A stretch of DNA of 64,000 bases. Origin: an uncultured Candidatus Saccharibacteria bacterium. GTDB lineage: Bacteria; Patescibacteriota; Minisyncoccia; Phycocordibacterales; CAIRYW01. The notes under the pieces were generated by a model. The model worked only from the letters and a program-made list of their open reading frames with translations. It was not told the DNA's origin and did not search any database. Made by a program: the position numbers and the translations under genes. Below are positions 36,574 to 47,144 of this stretch, piece after piece; the first letter of the stretch is position 1, and the number at the start of each line of letters is the position of its first letter. The DNA is taken from the NCBI GenBank assembly GCA_964406475.1, contig CAYORS010000001.1:35881-99880 (forward strand). The letters run 5' to 3'.

Positions 36574-39069
36574 CTACTCTCCTTTGTTTGTGAGGATTAT
36601 TGAAGAACTTTGTTGTCCTTGAAGACTATCAATAACAACAGCACGAAGAGTGTTGGCACCAGAAACAAGGTCTTTTTTGTTCACAACAAAACTTGTTTCA
36701 TAAGGAGTGCTTTCTGATGTCCCTACTACAGTGTTGTTGAGAATAAAGATGACTTTTACAACAGGTGCTTCTGAGGTTATTTTTACACGAGCTGTGACGG
36801 TGTCTCCTGATTTTATTTCTGAACCACTCGAAGGGGAAGTTATTGATACATTTATATTACTTGTTTTTGCACTTTGTTTAGGGTTTGTATTTGTTTGTAT
36901 TTGTATTCCTTCCCCATCAACCCATTTCTGCACCGCATATTCCCAATTTTTGAACTGAGGGTCTCTTTCCGGATTAGAAGGTTGCTTGCCGAGTGGGTTT
37001 TGGGGATCGATATAATAAAGGATTGAGTGTACACCATTTTGTGCATCTTGCCACGCACCACGAAGCACTGGTTTTAGATCAGATGTATCTTTTTTTTCTG
37101 GTTGTTCAAAACGTTCATCAGGAAGTGTTTTTAACAGTTCGTTCATAAATTCGTGCCACATCGGAGCAACAATATAGCCTGCAACCTTTCGATCGATTGG
37201 CGTATTGTCGTTGTTACCTGCCCATGCGCCCACTGATACTTGTGGTGTGTATCCAATGACCCAAGTATCACGATAATTGTTGGTTGTTCCTGTTTTTGCG
37301 GCTACCTGTCTTCCTGGGAAATAAAGACTTGATGCTGCACCAAAAGAAGGTGTTCGAGCCACGTTATCAGAAAGAACATCAGAAAGAGTGAGTGTTGTTT
37401 GCTTATCGAAAACTTTTTCATTGTTTTCTTTCCATTCTTCAAGAGTGCGTCCGAGCTTATCTTCTATTTTCAATATTCCTGTTTCTGGTGTTTTGATTCC
37501 GTTATTTGCAAACACACTATACGCACCGGTCATTTCAAGAAGTGTTACCTCACCGCCTCCAAGTACAAGAGAAAGTCCAAACCGAGAACGATCTTTTAGT
37601 GTTGTTATTCCAAGCTTTTGAGCAAGATCAAGAACATTATCCATCCCTACAAGATAAAGAAGCTTTACTGCCGGAATGTTTATTGATTGTGCGAGTGCAT
37701 TTCGTAGTGTCATAGGACCTCTGAATTTACCATCGTAGTTACCTGGAGAATAACAAGGGTCGTTACTTGTGAGGTTTGTGGCGCTGCAACTAGGAGAGAA
37801 CTGTGTGGGTACATCAAAGAGTATTGTGTCTGGTGTGTATCCCATTTCAAAAGCTTTTGCGTACACTATTGGTTTGAAGCTTGACCCTGGCTGTCTTTTT
37901 GCAGTTGCCACATTGTAGTTACCATCAACCTCTTCGTCAAAATAATCTCGTGAACCAACCATAGTAAGAATTTGTCCTGTTTTTACATCAAGAGCAACAA
38001 GGGCCGCATTTGTGGCATGATAGAGTTTGCCGTTTTCAAGTGCTTTTCTTTTGACTATTTCTTCTGCTTTTTGTTGAAGATCATAATCAAGTGTTGTTGT
38101 TACTTTTATACCTCCTTCATTTAAGAGTTTGTCACCATACTTTTCTTCCAAATAATCTTTTATATACATAACAAAATGAGGTGCTTTGATACCGCCAGAG
38201 AGTTGTTCTTGGAATTTTACTTTTTCATTTTTTGCTTCTGTATATTCTGCTTCATTTATAAAACCAAGCTCTTTCATTTTTGCAAGGGTTAGGTTTTTTC
38301 TTGCCTCCAAATCCTCTTTATGGTTGCCAAACGGAGAGTATTTGGTGGGTGATTTTGGTATTGATGCAAGATATGCACTTTCTGCAATAGTAAGATCAAT
38401 TGATTTTTTATTGAAGTATGCTTCCGAAGCTTCTTCTATTCCATAGATTTTGCCACCATAAGGAGCCTCGTTGAGGTAGAGATTTAGAATCTGGTCTTTG
38501 GTAAGGGTCTTTTCAAGTTTAACAGCAAGAAAAACCTCTTTTATTTTTCGGGTGATTGTTTTTTCTTGGGTGAGAAGTGAGTTTTTGATTACTTGTTGTG
38601 TGATTGTTGAACCTCCTTGAGCGAAATCAAAAGAATAAATATCTGCAAGAAGGGCTCTAAAGATTGAAGATATTTTTATTCCATTGTGATTATAAAAACT
38701 ACTATCTTCTATTGCAATAGTTGCATTTTTGACATTTTGAGAAATCTGATCAAAAGGAACAACTGTTCGGCGCATATTTTTACTCAAATCATAAAGAAGT
38801 ATTTTGCCTGTTCGATCATAGATTTTTGTCGATTGACCAAGCATTCGTTGGTCGAAGGATGCAAGATCAGGTATTTCAATTGAAGAGAACCACAAAAGAA
38901 AAACACCAAAACCAAGCATACAAAGCGAAAGTCCAAAAAAAACAATTTTTTCTATGAGAACCTTTCGAGAATGTGATTTTGTTTTTTTGCCAAAAACAAG
39001 AGAAACTATATCAATAATGAATTCTTCAATAGAATAGATTATTTTTTTAATTTTTTTAAAAAATTTCAT
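36574..39069 (-). CDS. Class A penicillin-binding protein (bifunctional glycosyltransferase/transpeptidase, PBP1A-like) with a C-terminal extension
   Basis: GT51 motif IAIEDSSFYNHNGI, transpeptidase SSFKP and KTGTT motifs, N-terminal TM. Confidence 0.85.
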   Translation of the reverse strand: MKFFKKIKKIIYSIEEFIIDIVSLVFGKKTKSHSRKVLIEKIVFFGLSLCMLGFGVFLLWFSSIEIPDLASFDQRMLGQSTKIYDRTGKILLYDLSKNMRRTVVPFDQISQNVKNATIAIEDSSFYNHNGIKISSIFRALLADIYSFDFAQGGSTITQQVIKNSLLTQEKTITRKIKEVFLAVKLEKTLTKDQILNLYLNEAPYGGKIYGIEEASEAYFNKKSIDLTIAESAYLASIPKSPTKYSPFGNHKEDLEARKNLTLAKMKELGFINEAEYTEAKNEKVKFQEQLSGGIKAPHFVMYIKDYLEEKYGDKLLNEGGIKVTTTLDYDLQQKAEEIVKRKALENGKLYHATNAALVALDVKTGQILTMVGSRDYFDEEVDGNYNVATAKRQPGSSFKPIVYAKAFEMGYTPDTILFDVPTQFSPSCSATNLTSNDPCYSPGNYDGKFRGPMTLRNALAQSINIPAVKLLYLVGMDNVLDLAQKLGITTLKDRSRFGLSLVLGGGEVTLLEMTGAYSVFANNGIKTPETGILKIEDKLGRTLEEWKENNEKVFDKQTTLTLSDVLSDNVARTPSFGAASSLYFPGRQVAAKTGTTNNYRDTWVIGYTPQVSVGAWAGNNDNTPIDRKVAGYIVAPMWHEFMNELLKTLPDERFEQPEKKDTSDLKPVLRGAWQDAQNGVHSILYYIDPQNPLGKQPSNPERDPQFKNWEYAVQKWVDGEGIQIQTNTNPKQSAKTSNINVSITSPSSGSEIKSGDTVTARVKITSEAPVVKVIFILNNTVVGTSESTPYETSFVVNKKDLVSGANTLRAVVIDSLQGQQSSSIILTNKGE

Positions 39070-39123
39070 TTCAAATTATGTTAGATTGGTTCTTCTATTC
39101 TAACATAAAAATGCTTATAAATT

Positions 39124-39149
39124 AAAAAGCACACCAATGTGTGCTTTTT
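39124..39149. terminator. Bidirectional intrinsic terminator (aaaaagcacac-caat-gtgtgcttttt)
   Basis: Perfect 11-bp stem including A/T runs. Confidence 0.5.
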
Positions 39150-39152
39150 AAT

Positions 39153-39314
39153 TTATTCTTCAGGATCCCAATCAAGATCCATTTCATCATCCTCATCTGC
39201 GTCGTTTGCTGTTTCATCCTCTTCCTCAATATCATCATCCTCTAAATCATCATCAATTTCATCATCTGGTTCTTGAGGATCAAAAGGATCGACATCATCT
39301 TTTTCTTCATCCAT
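39153..39314 (-). CDS. 53-aa extremely acidic protein (MDEEKDDVDPFDPQEPDDEIDDDLEDDDIEEEDETANDADEDDEMDLDWDPEE)
   Basis: Translated by hand. Below the ORF-track size cutoff. Flanked by a terminator at its 3' side and upstream of the PBP1A start. Confidence 0.5.
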   Translation of the reverse strand: MDEEKDDVDPFDPQEPDDEIDDDLEDDDIEEEDETANDADEDDEMDLDWDPEE

Positions 39315-39415
39315 ATTGTAAGAAATTTATTTTAAAAACTACCTAATAAATAAAAACGATAAACATATTTTTACCAAATTTATACAATAATGCAAACTGT
39401 TTTTGGTGTGGAAAA

Positions 39416-39898
39416 CTAAAGTAGGTGATTGTGAAGTGCAAAAAAAGTTATTCCTATAGCAAGAGCATCAAATTCATCATCAATTTTGATTGTTGTGGGT
39501 ATCTTTATAAGTAAAGGAATCATTTTGATAATTGCTTTTTTGTCAGCAGCACCGTTACCACATATAGCCAGCTTGATTTGTGGGGGGGAGAATTCAAAAA
39601 CTTTTAATCCATGTTTACTACACACCCCAAGAATAAGACCTCGTGCTTCAGCAACAGACATCGCGGTTTTATGGTTTGTGGTGAGGAAGAGAGTTTCAAT
39701 GGCAAGGATTTTTGGATTCCATATCTGGATTATGTTTTCAAGCTCTTTCATAATAAGCGCGAGTCTTTCGCTATGAGGGAGTGTTTTAGGTGTATGAAAA
39801 CAAACAGAAAAAAGATGTTTTTCTTTTGAACCCCCCTCTTTTTCTATAATTGCAATACCCAGTCTTTCATAACCAGGATCAATCGAAATAATTCTCAT
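39416..39898 (-). CDS. ruvC: Holliday junction resolvase RuvC
   Basis: MRIISIDPGYERLGIAIIE N-terminus with catalytic Asp. Confidence 0.85.
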   Translation of the reverse strand: MRIISIDPGYERLGIAIIEKEGGSKEKHLFSVCFHTPKTLPHSERLALIMKELENIIQIWNPKILAIETLFLTTNHKTAMSVAEARGLILGVCSKHGLKVFEFSPPQIKLAICGNGAADKKAIIKMIPLLIKIPTTIKIDDEFDALAIGITFFALHNHLL

Positions 39899-39907
39899 AT
39901 ATATAGA

Positions 39908-40432
39908 TTATTGAACATTAGTAAAAACCTCTTCAACCTCATCGTTTTCTTCCAGAGAAGAAACCAAGATTTCTAAAATATGCAAATCTTCTTCTGAAAG
40001 TTCGATGGTTGCATTTGGTTCCCATCCATCGTTTGTTTTGCTGAATGCCCACACCACACTTCCTTGTGTTGCAAGTGAAAAGCCATTTTTGCTCAATATA
40101 TGACGTATTTCTTGGATTGCTTTGTTGCGATTTGATGTGGTTGATTCGATTATTAAAGCAGAACCTCCAGGACCATATGCTTCGTATGTAATATGAGAGA
40201 GATTGGAAAGATCGGGGTCTGTTGCTTTTTTGATTGCTCTTTCAATAACATCTTTTGGAACGTTTTCTTTTTTTGCATTATTAATAATTGCTTGTGATGA
40301 ATGGGAGTCTTTCCCAGATACACGAACCTCGGCACTAATAAGTCGTGCATATTTTGTAAAAATCTTACTTTTTTGTTTGTCTGTTTTTTCTTTTTGACGT
40401 TTGATTTGTGCCCATTTGTTATGTCCTGACAT
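39908..40432 (-). CDS. yebC: YebC/PmpR family transcriptional regulator (compact form)
   Basis: MSGHNKWAQIKRQK N-terminus typical of the YebC family. Confidence 0.8.
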   Translation of the reverse strand: MSGHNKWAQIKRQKEKTDKQKSKIFTKYARLISAEVRVSGKDSHSSQAIINNAKKENVPKDVIERAIKKATDPDLSNLSHITYEAYGPGGSALIIESTTSNRNKAIQEIRHILSKNGFSLATQGSVVWAFSKTNDGWEPNATIELSEEDLHILEILVSSLEENDEVEEVFTNVQ

Positions 40433-40437
40433 AGGGA

Positions 40438-41421
40438 TTATATCTTTAGATGTGTATAAGCTTTTTCTGTTGCCACTCTGCCTCGCGATGTTCTTTCTAT
40501 AAGACCCAACTGAAGAAGGTACGGCTCGTTGAATTCTTCAATCGTTGCTTCATCTTCTGAAAGCGAAGCAGCGATGGTGCCAAGCCCCACAGGCCCACCC
40601 TTAAACTTTTCAATAATAGTATGAAGTATTTTGATATCTTGTTCTGTAAGTCCCAATGCATCGATACCTAAAAGCACCAAAGCCGCATCAACGGTTTTGT
40701 CATCGATAACACTTTTATGTACTTGTGCATAATCGCGAACTCGTTTCAAAAGGTAGTTTGCTGTTCGGGGTGTGCTACGGCTTCTTCGTGCTATTTCTTT
40801 GATTCCGTTTTCTGTAATGCTAACGTTGAGAATTTTGGCTGACCTTTCAACTATCTGTGCGATTTCTTTTTCATTATAAAACTCGAGTCGATATACTCCT
40901 CCTGAAAATCGAGAACGAAGAGGGGATGATATCATTGCAATTCGTGTTGTTGCTGCAATAAGAGTAAACGGAGGAAGATCAAGCTGTATTGTACGTGCAG
41001 AAGGACCCTTGCCAATAATAATATCAAGCACCCCTGACTCCATTGCAGGATATAATACCTCCTCAATATTTTTGTTCAATCGATGTATTTCATCAATAAA
41101 CAATATATCACCAGAAGAAAGATTGGTAAGAAGAGATGCAAGGTCACCCACTTTTTCTATCGCAGGACCTGATGTGATTTTCATTTGAGAACCTTGTTCG
41201 TGTGCAATAAGGTGTGCAAGTGTGGTCTTACCAAGACCTGGAGGACCATAAAAAAGAATATGCTCAGGAATATGGTTTCGCTCTTTTGCGGCCTTAAGAA
41301 GTATGTGCAGATTTTTTTTGATTGGATCTTGTCCTATGTATTCATCCCATGAAGAGGGTCGAAGAGCCTGATCAAGAACCTTTTCTTCAGAATTTTGTTT
41401 TAGGTTTTTTTCTTCTGACAT
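40438..41421 (-). CDS. ruvB: Holliday junction branch migration helicase RuvB
   Basis: Walker A GPPGLGKTTLA, sensor and arginine-finger regions. Confidence 0.9.
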   Translation of the reverse strand: MSEEKNLKQNSEEKVLDQALRPSSWDEYIGQDPIKKNLHILLKAAKERNHIPEHILFYGPPGLGKTTLAHLIAHEQGSQMKITSGPAIEKVGDLASLLTNLSSGDILFIDEIHRLNKNIEEVLYPAMESGVLDIIIGKGPSARTIQLDLPPFTLIAATTRIAMISSPLRSRFSGGVYRLEFYNEKEIAQIVERSAKILNVSITENGIKEIARRSRSTPRTANYLLKRVRDYAQVHKSVIDDKTVDAALVLLGIDALGLTEQDIKILHTIIEKFKGGPVGLGTIAASLSEDEATIEEFNEPYLLQLGLIERTSRGRVATEKAYTHLKI

Positions 41422-41485
41422 ATAGATACAGTATAAGGTAATTTAGGTCTCAAATCCAACCATCAAAAATGAATTTTTGAAGCAC

Positions 41486-41514
41486 TTGACAATAAAATCA
41501 GAATATGCTAATAT
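41486..41514 (+). promoter_or_regulatory. Strong sigma70-like promoter (TTGACA, 17-bp spacer, TAATAT) with no convincing downstream CDS
   Basis: Hexamers read directly in the 420-bp ruvB-pilB gap. Only a dubious 76-aa ORF follows. Confidence 0.4.
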
Positions 41515-41841
41515 TACATTACTTCGGATAAGAATGCTCTCAATAAAGTAAAAAATCGAATTCACACACATTTCTTTTGTGTGAGTGCTCGACGCTATAA
41601 ATCTCTAAGCAATGGGACAATTTATTGTCTTTTGATATTGTTTAAAGGACGTTTTGGTGTGCCTAGTCAATTTCTGAAACTATCCTTAAAACCCTATCTT
41701 ACTTTTTGGCTAGTACTAAAAGTATTGCTCAGAGATTTATATAGTCGAACGAACTATCGTAAGTATACTCAAAGGATTATTTTTGTAATCTTTACTCCGA
41801 ATCAAATATAAGGTCTATTTTTAGGCTTTATATTTTTGTTT

Positions 41842-43545
41842 TTAGCTCACAAATTCTTCAGATTCTGGGGTTATATCAACCACACGTTCGAGTTCTTCTA
41901 TTGTACTTATACCATTGAGAACTTGTTTTATTCCGTCTTCTGCAAGGTTTAGAATATGTTGATGTTCTGCCGCTTTTGCTATTTCACGATCACTTGGGTT
42001 TTCATACACGATTTGTGCTATGGCATGGTCAATGATGATTGCTTCATACAAAGCAACTCGTCCTTTGTATCCTGTGTGGTTACAAAGATCACACCCTTCT
42101 TCTTTGGCTACAAAAACTTCTTGGTCTTGGAGTACATCTTCTCCTTTTGCACGAATGTGTGCAAGGTGGTATGACAAGGCTGCTTTTTTGCCTTCAGGGA
42201 TAGACGCCTTGGTTGCACATGCGGTGCATACTTTTCTGATAAGTCGCTGCGCAATAGAAACACTGAGGCCCGATGTGATGATTTTTGGATTAATACCAAG
42301 ATCAATAAGACGAGTAAATGCACCCGCTGCATTATTGGTGTGAAGGGTTGAAAATACAAGGTGTCCTGTGAGGGATGCGTGCATTGCGATCTCTGCTGTT
42401 TCTGCATCTCGGATCTCACCCACAAGGATAACGTCTGGGTCTTGTCGAAGTGTCGAACGAAGTCCTGATGCGAATGTATAACCTTTTTCTGATTCTACTT
42501 GTGTTTGGACAATCCCATTAAGGTGATACTCGATAGGGTCTTCAATTGTGATGACTTTAACACCAGGTTCGTATACCTTTTTAAGAAAGGCATAGAGTGT
42601 TGTGGTCTTTCCACTTCCTGTTGGTCCTGTTGTGAGAATGAGTCCACTTGGTTTTGCCATTTGATCAGCAAAAATTTTCATAAGTTTTGGAGGAATACCA
42701 AGTTCTTCAAACGGGGTTGCAATAGAATCTGGATTCAAAATTCTCATTACCACTGATTCTCCGTATGCACCTGGAAGAATAGATGTACGGATTTCGATTT
42801 CTTTGCCTTCGATTTTTACACTAAAACGACCATCCTGAGCGTTCTGTTTGATATTCAATTTGAGATTTGAAAGCAGCTTGAGTCGTGATAGTACAAGTCC
42901 GTATGTTTCGTTATCAAAATTGATAATATCCACAAGCACGCCATCAAGACGATAACGAAGTCGCGTAATTGTTTCTTCTGGTTCAATGTGAATATCAGAT
43001 GCTTTGAGGGCAATAGCACCCGCCATCATAATGCCGATGATTTTTGATATACGATAGACACGCTTTACGGCGATTGTGTCATCGACAAGATTTTGAATAT
43101 CGGGAATGTTTTTTACTTTTCCGATGAGATCTTGTATTTCATCACTCGAAATATCTAAAGATCCGGCCTTTGTTGCCATTGCAAAAGACAGATCTTTGTA
43201 GCGTCCCCACGCCTTTTCGAGGCTTGCAAGAGACACCATATAGACATTCACTTTGTAATTTTTTTCTTCGAGCTCTTTTACTACTTGCTTTACTTCATCT
43301 ATTTGAGGTGTTTGAACTGCAAGAGAAAGTATTTTGCCCACCATTTTAAAAAGAGCAACACGTGCTGCACGTGCTTTGTCCTCTGGAATGAGACGGAGAG
43401 CGTCAGTGTTTATAGTAATACCAGAGAGGTCTGCATACTCTACTCCGTATTTGTGCGAGAGTACCTTGGCAAGATCCTCCTCCTCTTTTTTGCGAAGAGA
43501 TTCAAGTTGTTGGTTTTGTTTGTCTTCGTTGAATTGTACTGTCAT
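41842..43545 (-). CDS. pilB: Type IV pilus / type II secretion assembly ATPase (PilB/GspE family)
   Basis: Walker A TTGPTGSGKTTTL, Asp box, His box and tetracysteine motif. Start set at the internal Met (MTVQFNEDK). Confidence 0.8.
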   Translation of the reverse strand: MTVQFNEDKQNQQLESLRKKEEEDLAKVLSHKYGVEYADLSGITINTDALRLIPEDKARAARVALFKMVGKILSLAVQTPQIDEVKQVVKELEEKNYKVNVYMVSLASLEKAWGRYKDLSFAMATKAGSLDISSDEIQDLIGKVKNIPDIQNLVDDTIAVKRVYRISKIIGIMMAGAIALKASDIHIEPEETITRLRYRLDGVLVDIINFDNETYGLVLSRLKLLSNLKLNIKQNAQDGRFSVKIEGKEIEIRTSILPGAYGESVVMRILNPDSIATPFEELGIPPKLMKIFADQMAKPSGLILTTGPTGSGKTTTLYAFLKKVYEPGVKVITIEDPIEYHLNGIVQTQVESEKGYTFASGLRSTLRQDPDVILVGEIRDAETAEIAMHASLTGHLVFSTLHTNNAAGAFTRLIDLGINPKIITSGLSVSIAQRLIRKVCTACATKASIPEGKKAALSYHLAHIRAKGEDVLQDQEVFVAKEEGCDLCNHTGYKGRVALYEAIIIDHAIAQIVYENPSDREIAKAAEHQHILNLAEDGIKQVLNGISTIEELERVVDITPESEEFVS

Positions 43546-43627
43546 AGGTATAGTATAAATGACAAAACAAAAAGTAGAAAGAGTGCACATTCTTTGCACT
43601 TTATTGTTTTTGTCTTATACTTCGCCT

Positions 43628-44071
43628 ATGGAAATAATACTTTCACATCTTGACGAGACAAAGGTGTTTGCGAGAACGATTATAGAAGAACTCAAAAAAA
43701 AGAAAAATCAGAATGGCGCAACACTTCTTTTGCTTTATGGTGATGTGGGTGCTGGGAAGACAACGTTGGTGCAGTTTATGGGCCAGTATCTTGGAATACA
43801 CACATCAATGCAAAGCCCTACGTTTGTTATTCAAAAAAACTACAAAACCAAAGATTTTGATTTTAAAAATTTTGTGCATATTGATGCATATCGCATAGAA
43901 AATCCAGAAGAACTCAAAAAAATAAAAATTAAAGAGACTCTTGCAGAAAAAGATACACTTGTTGTTGTCGAGTGGCCAAAACAAGGGGGGGATGTTTTTG
44001 CGAAGCCACATCTCGAACTTTTTTTGAAATTTGTGGATGAAAACAGGAGGAAAGTAAGAATGGTAAAATAA
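43628..44071 (+). CDS. tsaE: tRNA threonylcarbamoyladenosine biosynthesis protein TsaE (YjeE)
   Basis: LLLYGDVGAGKTTLVQ Walker A and SPTFVI motif. Start moved to the internal Met to avoid overlap with pilB. Confidence 0.75.
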   Translation: MEIILSHLDETKVFARTIIEELKKKKNQNGATLLLLYGDVGAGKTTLVQFMGQYLGIHTSMQSPTFVIQKNYKTKDFDFKNFVHIDAYRIENPEELKKIKIKETLAEKDTLVVVEWPKQGGDVFAKPHLELFLKFVDENRRKVRMVK

Positions 44072-44125
44072 AAATCACTCCAAACGACCATTTTTTATTA
44101 GGTTTTTAAATGCTAAAATACATAT

Positions 44126-46501
44126 ATGCCTCAAAATCCTAAAAAAACCCTCGTTCTTCTTGATACTCATGCGATTATTCATCGTGCGTATCATGCGCTT
44201 CCAGACTTTGCTTCAAGCAAGGGAGAGCCGACAGGTGCACTCTACGGACTTTGTCTTATGCTTTTTCGAATCATAGATGACTTTCATCCTGATTATATTG
44301 TTGCAACGTTTGATCTACCTAAGCCCACATATCGTCATGAAGCATATGAGGGCTACAAAGCGGGTCGTAAGAAAACCGATGATGCGCTCGTTCTCCAGCT
44401 TAAAAAAGCACACGAAGTATTCGAAGCTTTTAATATTCCTATGTATTCCAAGGAGGGGTTTGAAGCGGATGATATGTTGGGGACAATAGTCGAAGAGACC
44501 AAAACAATCAAAGGCCTCCACATTATCATTGCTTCAGGGGATATGGACACAATGCAACTTGTCGACAATGAGCATATCCAGGTTTTTACTTTGCGCAAAG
44601 GGGTAAAAGACACCATTCTCTATGGTGAAAAAGAAATATTCGAGCGATTTGGCTTTCGTCCTGCTCAGCTCACAGACTACAAAGGTCTTCGAGGGGATAC
44701 GTCAGACAATATTATAGGTATAAAGGGTATAGGGGAGAAAACAGCAACAACTCTCATTCAAGAATTCGGCACTATAGAAAATATGTATGAAGAGATAGAA
44801 AAAGGGAACAAAGAACGATTCAAAAAAATAGGTGTGACAGACAGAATCTATAATCTTATTGCAGACAATAAAGATGAAGCACTTTTTTCAAAAATGCTTG
44901 CAACAATTAGGAGAGATGCTCCTATTGATTTTGTTTTTCCAACACGATCTTTTCAAGAAAACCTTGAACCACTCAAAGTCAAAAAACTTTTAAGCGAACT
45001 CGAGTTTCGTAGTCTCATTGCAAAAGTGGATACATTAAGCGGTAGTGTGGTAATAGATGAAGATGTGATTTCAAAAACACCACCACACAGCGATTTTAAT
45101 GTGAGTGAAGAAGATATAGAAAAATACAAAATTGCCACATTTGTTCTCAATTCACAAATCTCAAATCCAGAGATATCAGATATTCTTGCATATTCACTTC
45201 ACAGTGACATACACGATGCAATGCAGAATATCGACAAAGAGATTACAAAACAAAATCTCGACACAGTTCTTTGTGATATTGAAATACCCCTCATTCCAAT
45301 TATCAAACGAATGCATAATGTGGGTATTGCGATAGATAAAGGTTATATGATGAGACTTTCAAAAGAGTATCACAATAATCTCAATACAATCGATCAAAAG
45401 ATTTATGGACTTGTTGGTAAGGAGTTCAATATTGATTCACCAAAACAGCTCGGTGTTATACTTTTTGATGACCTTAAACTTGTGGGTAAGAATATGAAAA
45501 AAACAGCCGGAGGTGCCAAATCAACAAAAGAAAGTGAACTTGAAAAACTCAAAGACTTGCATCCGGTTGTGCCTCTTATTATGGAACATAGAGAACTTTC
45601 AAAACTCCTCAGTACTTATATTGATGTTATCCCTACACTTCTTGATGATAAAGAACGCCTACATCCCACATTTATTCAAACAGGAGCAGCAACAGGGAGA
45701 ATGGCAAGCAAAGATCCTGGGGTTCAAAATATTCCTGTGAAAACTGAGATGGGGCGAGCAATACGTAATGGATTTGTTGCAGAAAAAGGATATAAGCTTT
45801 GCGCCTTTGACTATTCACAGATTGAGCTCCGTATTGCAGCAATACTTTCAGGTGATACGAAACTTCAGGGTGTTTTCAAAACAGGAGAAGATGCTCATGC
45901 AGGTGTGGCATCTCAGGTTTTTGGTGTGCCATTAGATGAAGTCACCAAGGATATGCGACGTAAGGCGAAGGCGATTAATTTTGGGATTCTTTATGGTATG
46001 GGTGTCAATGCATTGAAGCAAAATCTTGGAAGTACTCGTGAAGAAGCGCAGAAGTTTTATGATGATTATTTTAAAACATTTGCTACTTTGGCAGAGTATC
46101 TCGAGAATACCAAAAAAGACGCGGCAAAAAATGGTTTTGTAACAACAATGTATGGCAGGCGGAGGTACTTTGAAGGCATCAAATCAAAACTTCCATTTAT
46201 CCGTGCTGCGGCTGAGCGTATGGCTATTAATGCACCAATACAGGGGACTCAGGCAGATATTATGAAGATAGCAATGAGACAAATTGATGATGAAATTAAA
46301 AAAGAGGATGCTTACCATAACGTGAGACTACTTCTACAGATTCATGATGAGCTTATCTATGAAATCAAGGAAGGTGAAGTAGAGAAGTGGAGTCAAAAAA
46401 TAAAATCAATAATGGAATCTGTTTTAGATAAAGAAAAAACAAAAGGTGTGCCTATTATTGTAAATGCTTCAAGCGGAGAGAATTGGGGAGAGATGAAGTA
46501 A
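44126..46501 (+). CDS. polA: DNA polymerase I (5'-3' exonuclease plus polymerase; 3'-5' exonuclease region reduced)
   Basis: FEN-like N-terminal domain. Pol A motifs DYSQIELRIAA, RRKAKAINFGILYGMG, QIHDELI. Confidence 0.9.
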   Translation: MPQNPKKTLVLLDTHAIIHRAYHALPDFASSKGEPTGALYGLCLMLFRIIDDFHPDYIVATFDLPKPTYRHEAYEGYKAGRKKTDDALVLQLKKAHEVFEAFNIPMYSKEGFEADDMLGTIVEETKTIKGLHIIIASGDMDTMQLVDNEHIQVFTLRKGVKDTILYGEKEIFERFGFRPAQLTDYKGLRGDTSDNIIGIKGIGEKTATTLIQEFGTIENMYEEIEKGNKERFKKIGVTDRIYNLIADNKDEALFSKMLATIRRDAPIDFVFPTRSFQENLEPLKVKKLLSELEFRSLIAKVDTLSGSVVIDEDVISKTPPHSDFNVSEEDIEKYKIATFVLNSQISNPEISDILAYSLHSDIHDAMQNIDKEITKQNLDTVLCDIEIPLIPIIKRMHNVGIAIDKGYMMRLSKEYHNNLNTIDQKIYGLVGKEFNIDSPKQLGVILFDDLKLVGKNMKKTAGGAKSTKESELEKLKDLHPVVPLIMEHRELSKLLSTYIDVIPTLLDDKERLHPTFIQTGAATGRMASKDPGVQNIPVKTEMGRAIRNGFVAEKGYKLCAFDYSQIELRIAAILSGDTKLQGVFKTGEDAHAGVASQVFGVPLDEVTKDMRRKAKAINFGILYGMGVNALKQNLGSTREEAQKFYDDYFKTFATLAEYLENTKKDAAKNGFVTTMYGRRRYFEGIKSKLPFIRAAAERMAINAPIQGTQADIMKIAMRQIDDEIKKEDAYHNVRLLLQIHDELIYEIKEGEVEKWSQKIKSIMESVLDKEKTKGVPIIVNASSGENWGEMK

Positions 46502-46582
46502 GAATACACTAGCACTATTGATTTTATTGCTGAATTATGGTTTTATTACTTTGATAAAGCTCATTCAATCCTCAACCAATCC

Positions 46583-47065
46583 TTGCATATGATAATCAGT
46601 GTCAACCGTGCACTTGTAGCCCCGTATCCAAAATGGGTAACAGCATTCCGTGAACCAGAACTTCAACATCTAGGACCTGCGAAGTTTGATCCTCAGAAGT
46701 TGGAAAAAATGTCCTGTGCTAATCCACAAGATCTGCACTATATCTCGGATGTCTATAAACATCTAAACCAAAATGGTCTTCTTGCTCGATGTCTAACACT
46801 GCTTGATGGGCAGGCAATTATTGATCAGATGAGATTGGTGGATTTCCAGGCCACTTTTCAAGAGTGTGTTGATCTTTTTGATCGTCGCAGAATCTATCTT
46901 TTTGGCTCGGCCGTTTCTGCCTCAAATGGTCAAGGATATTTCTTACCGTTTGTTGATGGTTCTACTGATGCACCAAATCTTACACTTAACTGGACTCAGT
47001 TTGGTGAGTTTGGTGATACGCCCGCTTCTTGGGTTTTACCTTGCATCCGCCTTCATGCAGCCTAA
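46583..47065 (+). CDS. Hypothetical protein (somewhat GC-richer than neighbours)
   Basis: ORF only. No motif. Confidence 0.4.
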   Translation: MHMIISVNRALVAPYPKWVTAFREPELQHLGPAKFDPQKLEKMSCANPQDLHYISDVYKHLNQNGLLARCLTLLDGQAIIDQMRLVDFQATFQECVDLFDRRRIYLFGSAVSASNGQGYFLPFVDGSTDAPNLTLNWTQFGEFGDTPASWVLPCIRLHAA

Positions 47066-47144
47066 CCCATTCCTCACATAAACTATGTTTGTGTGAGTTT
47101 TTTATTTACTTTCTCCTTTTCTCATTCTCATTTATACTTATCCT

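Noticed and set aside
41581-41811. 76-aa ORF between ruvB and pilB
   Set aside because: No recognisable features and odd composition. Kept only as a possible sRNA region behind the strong promoter.
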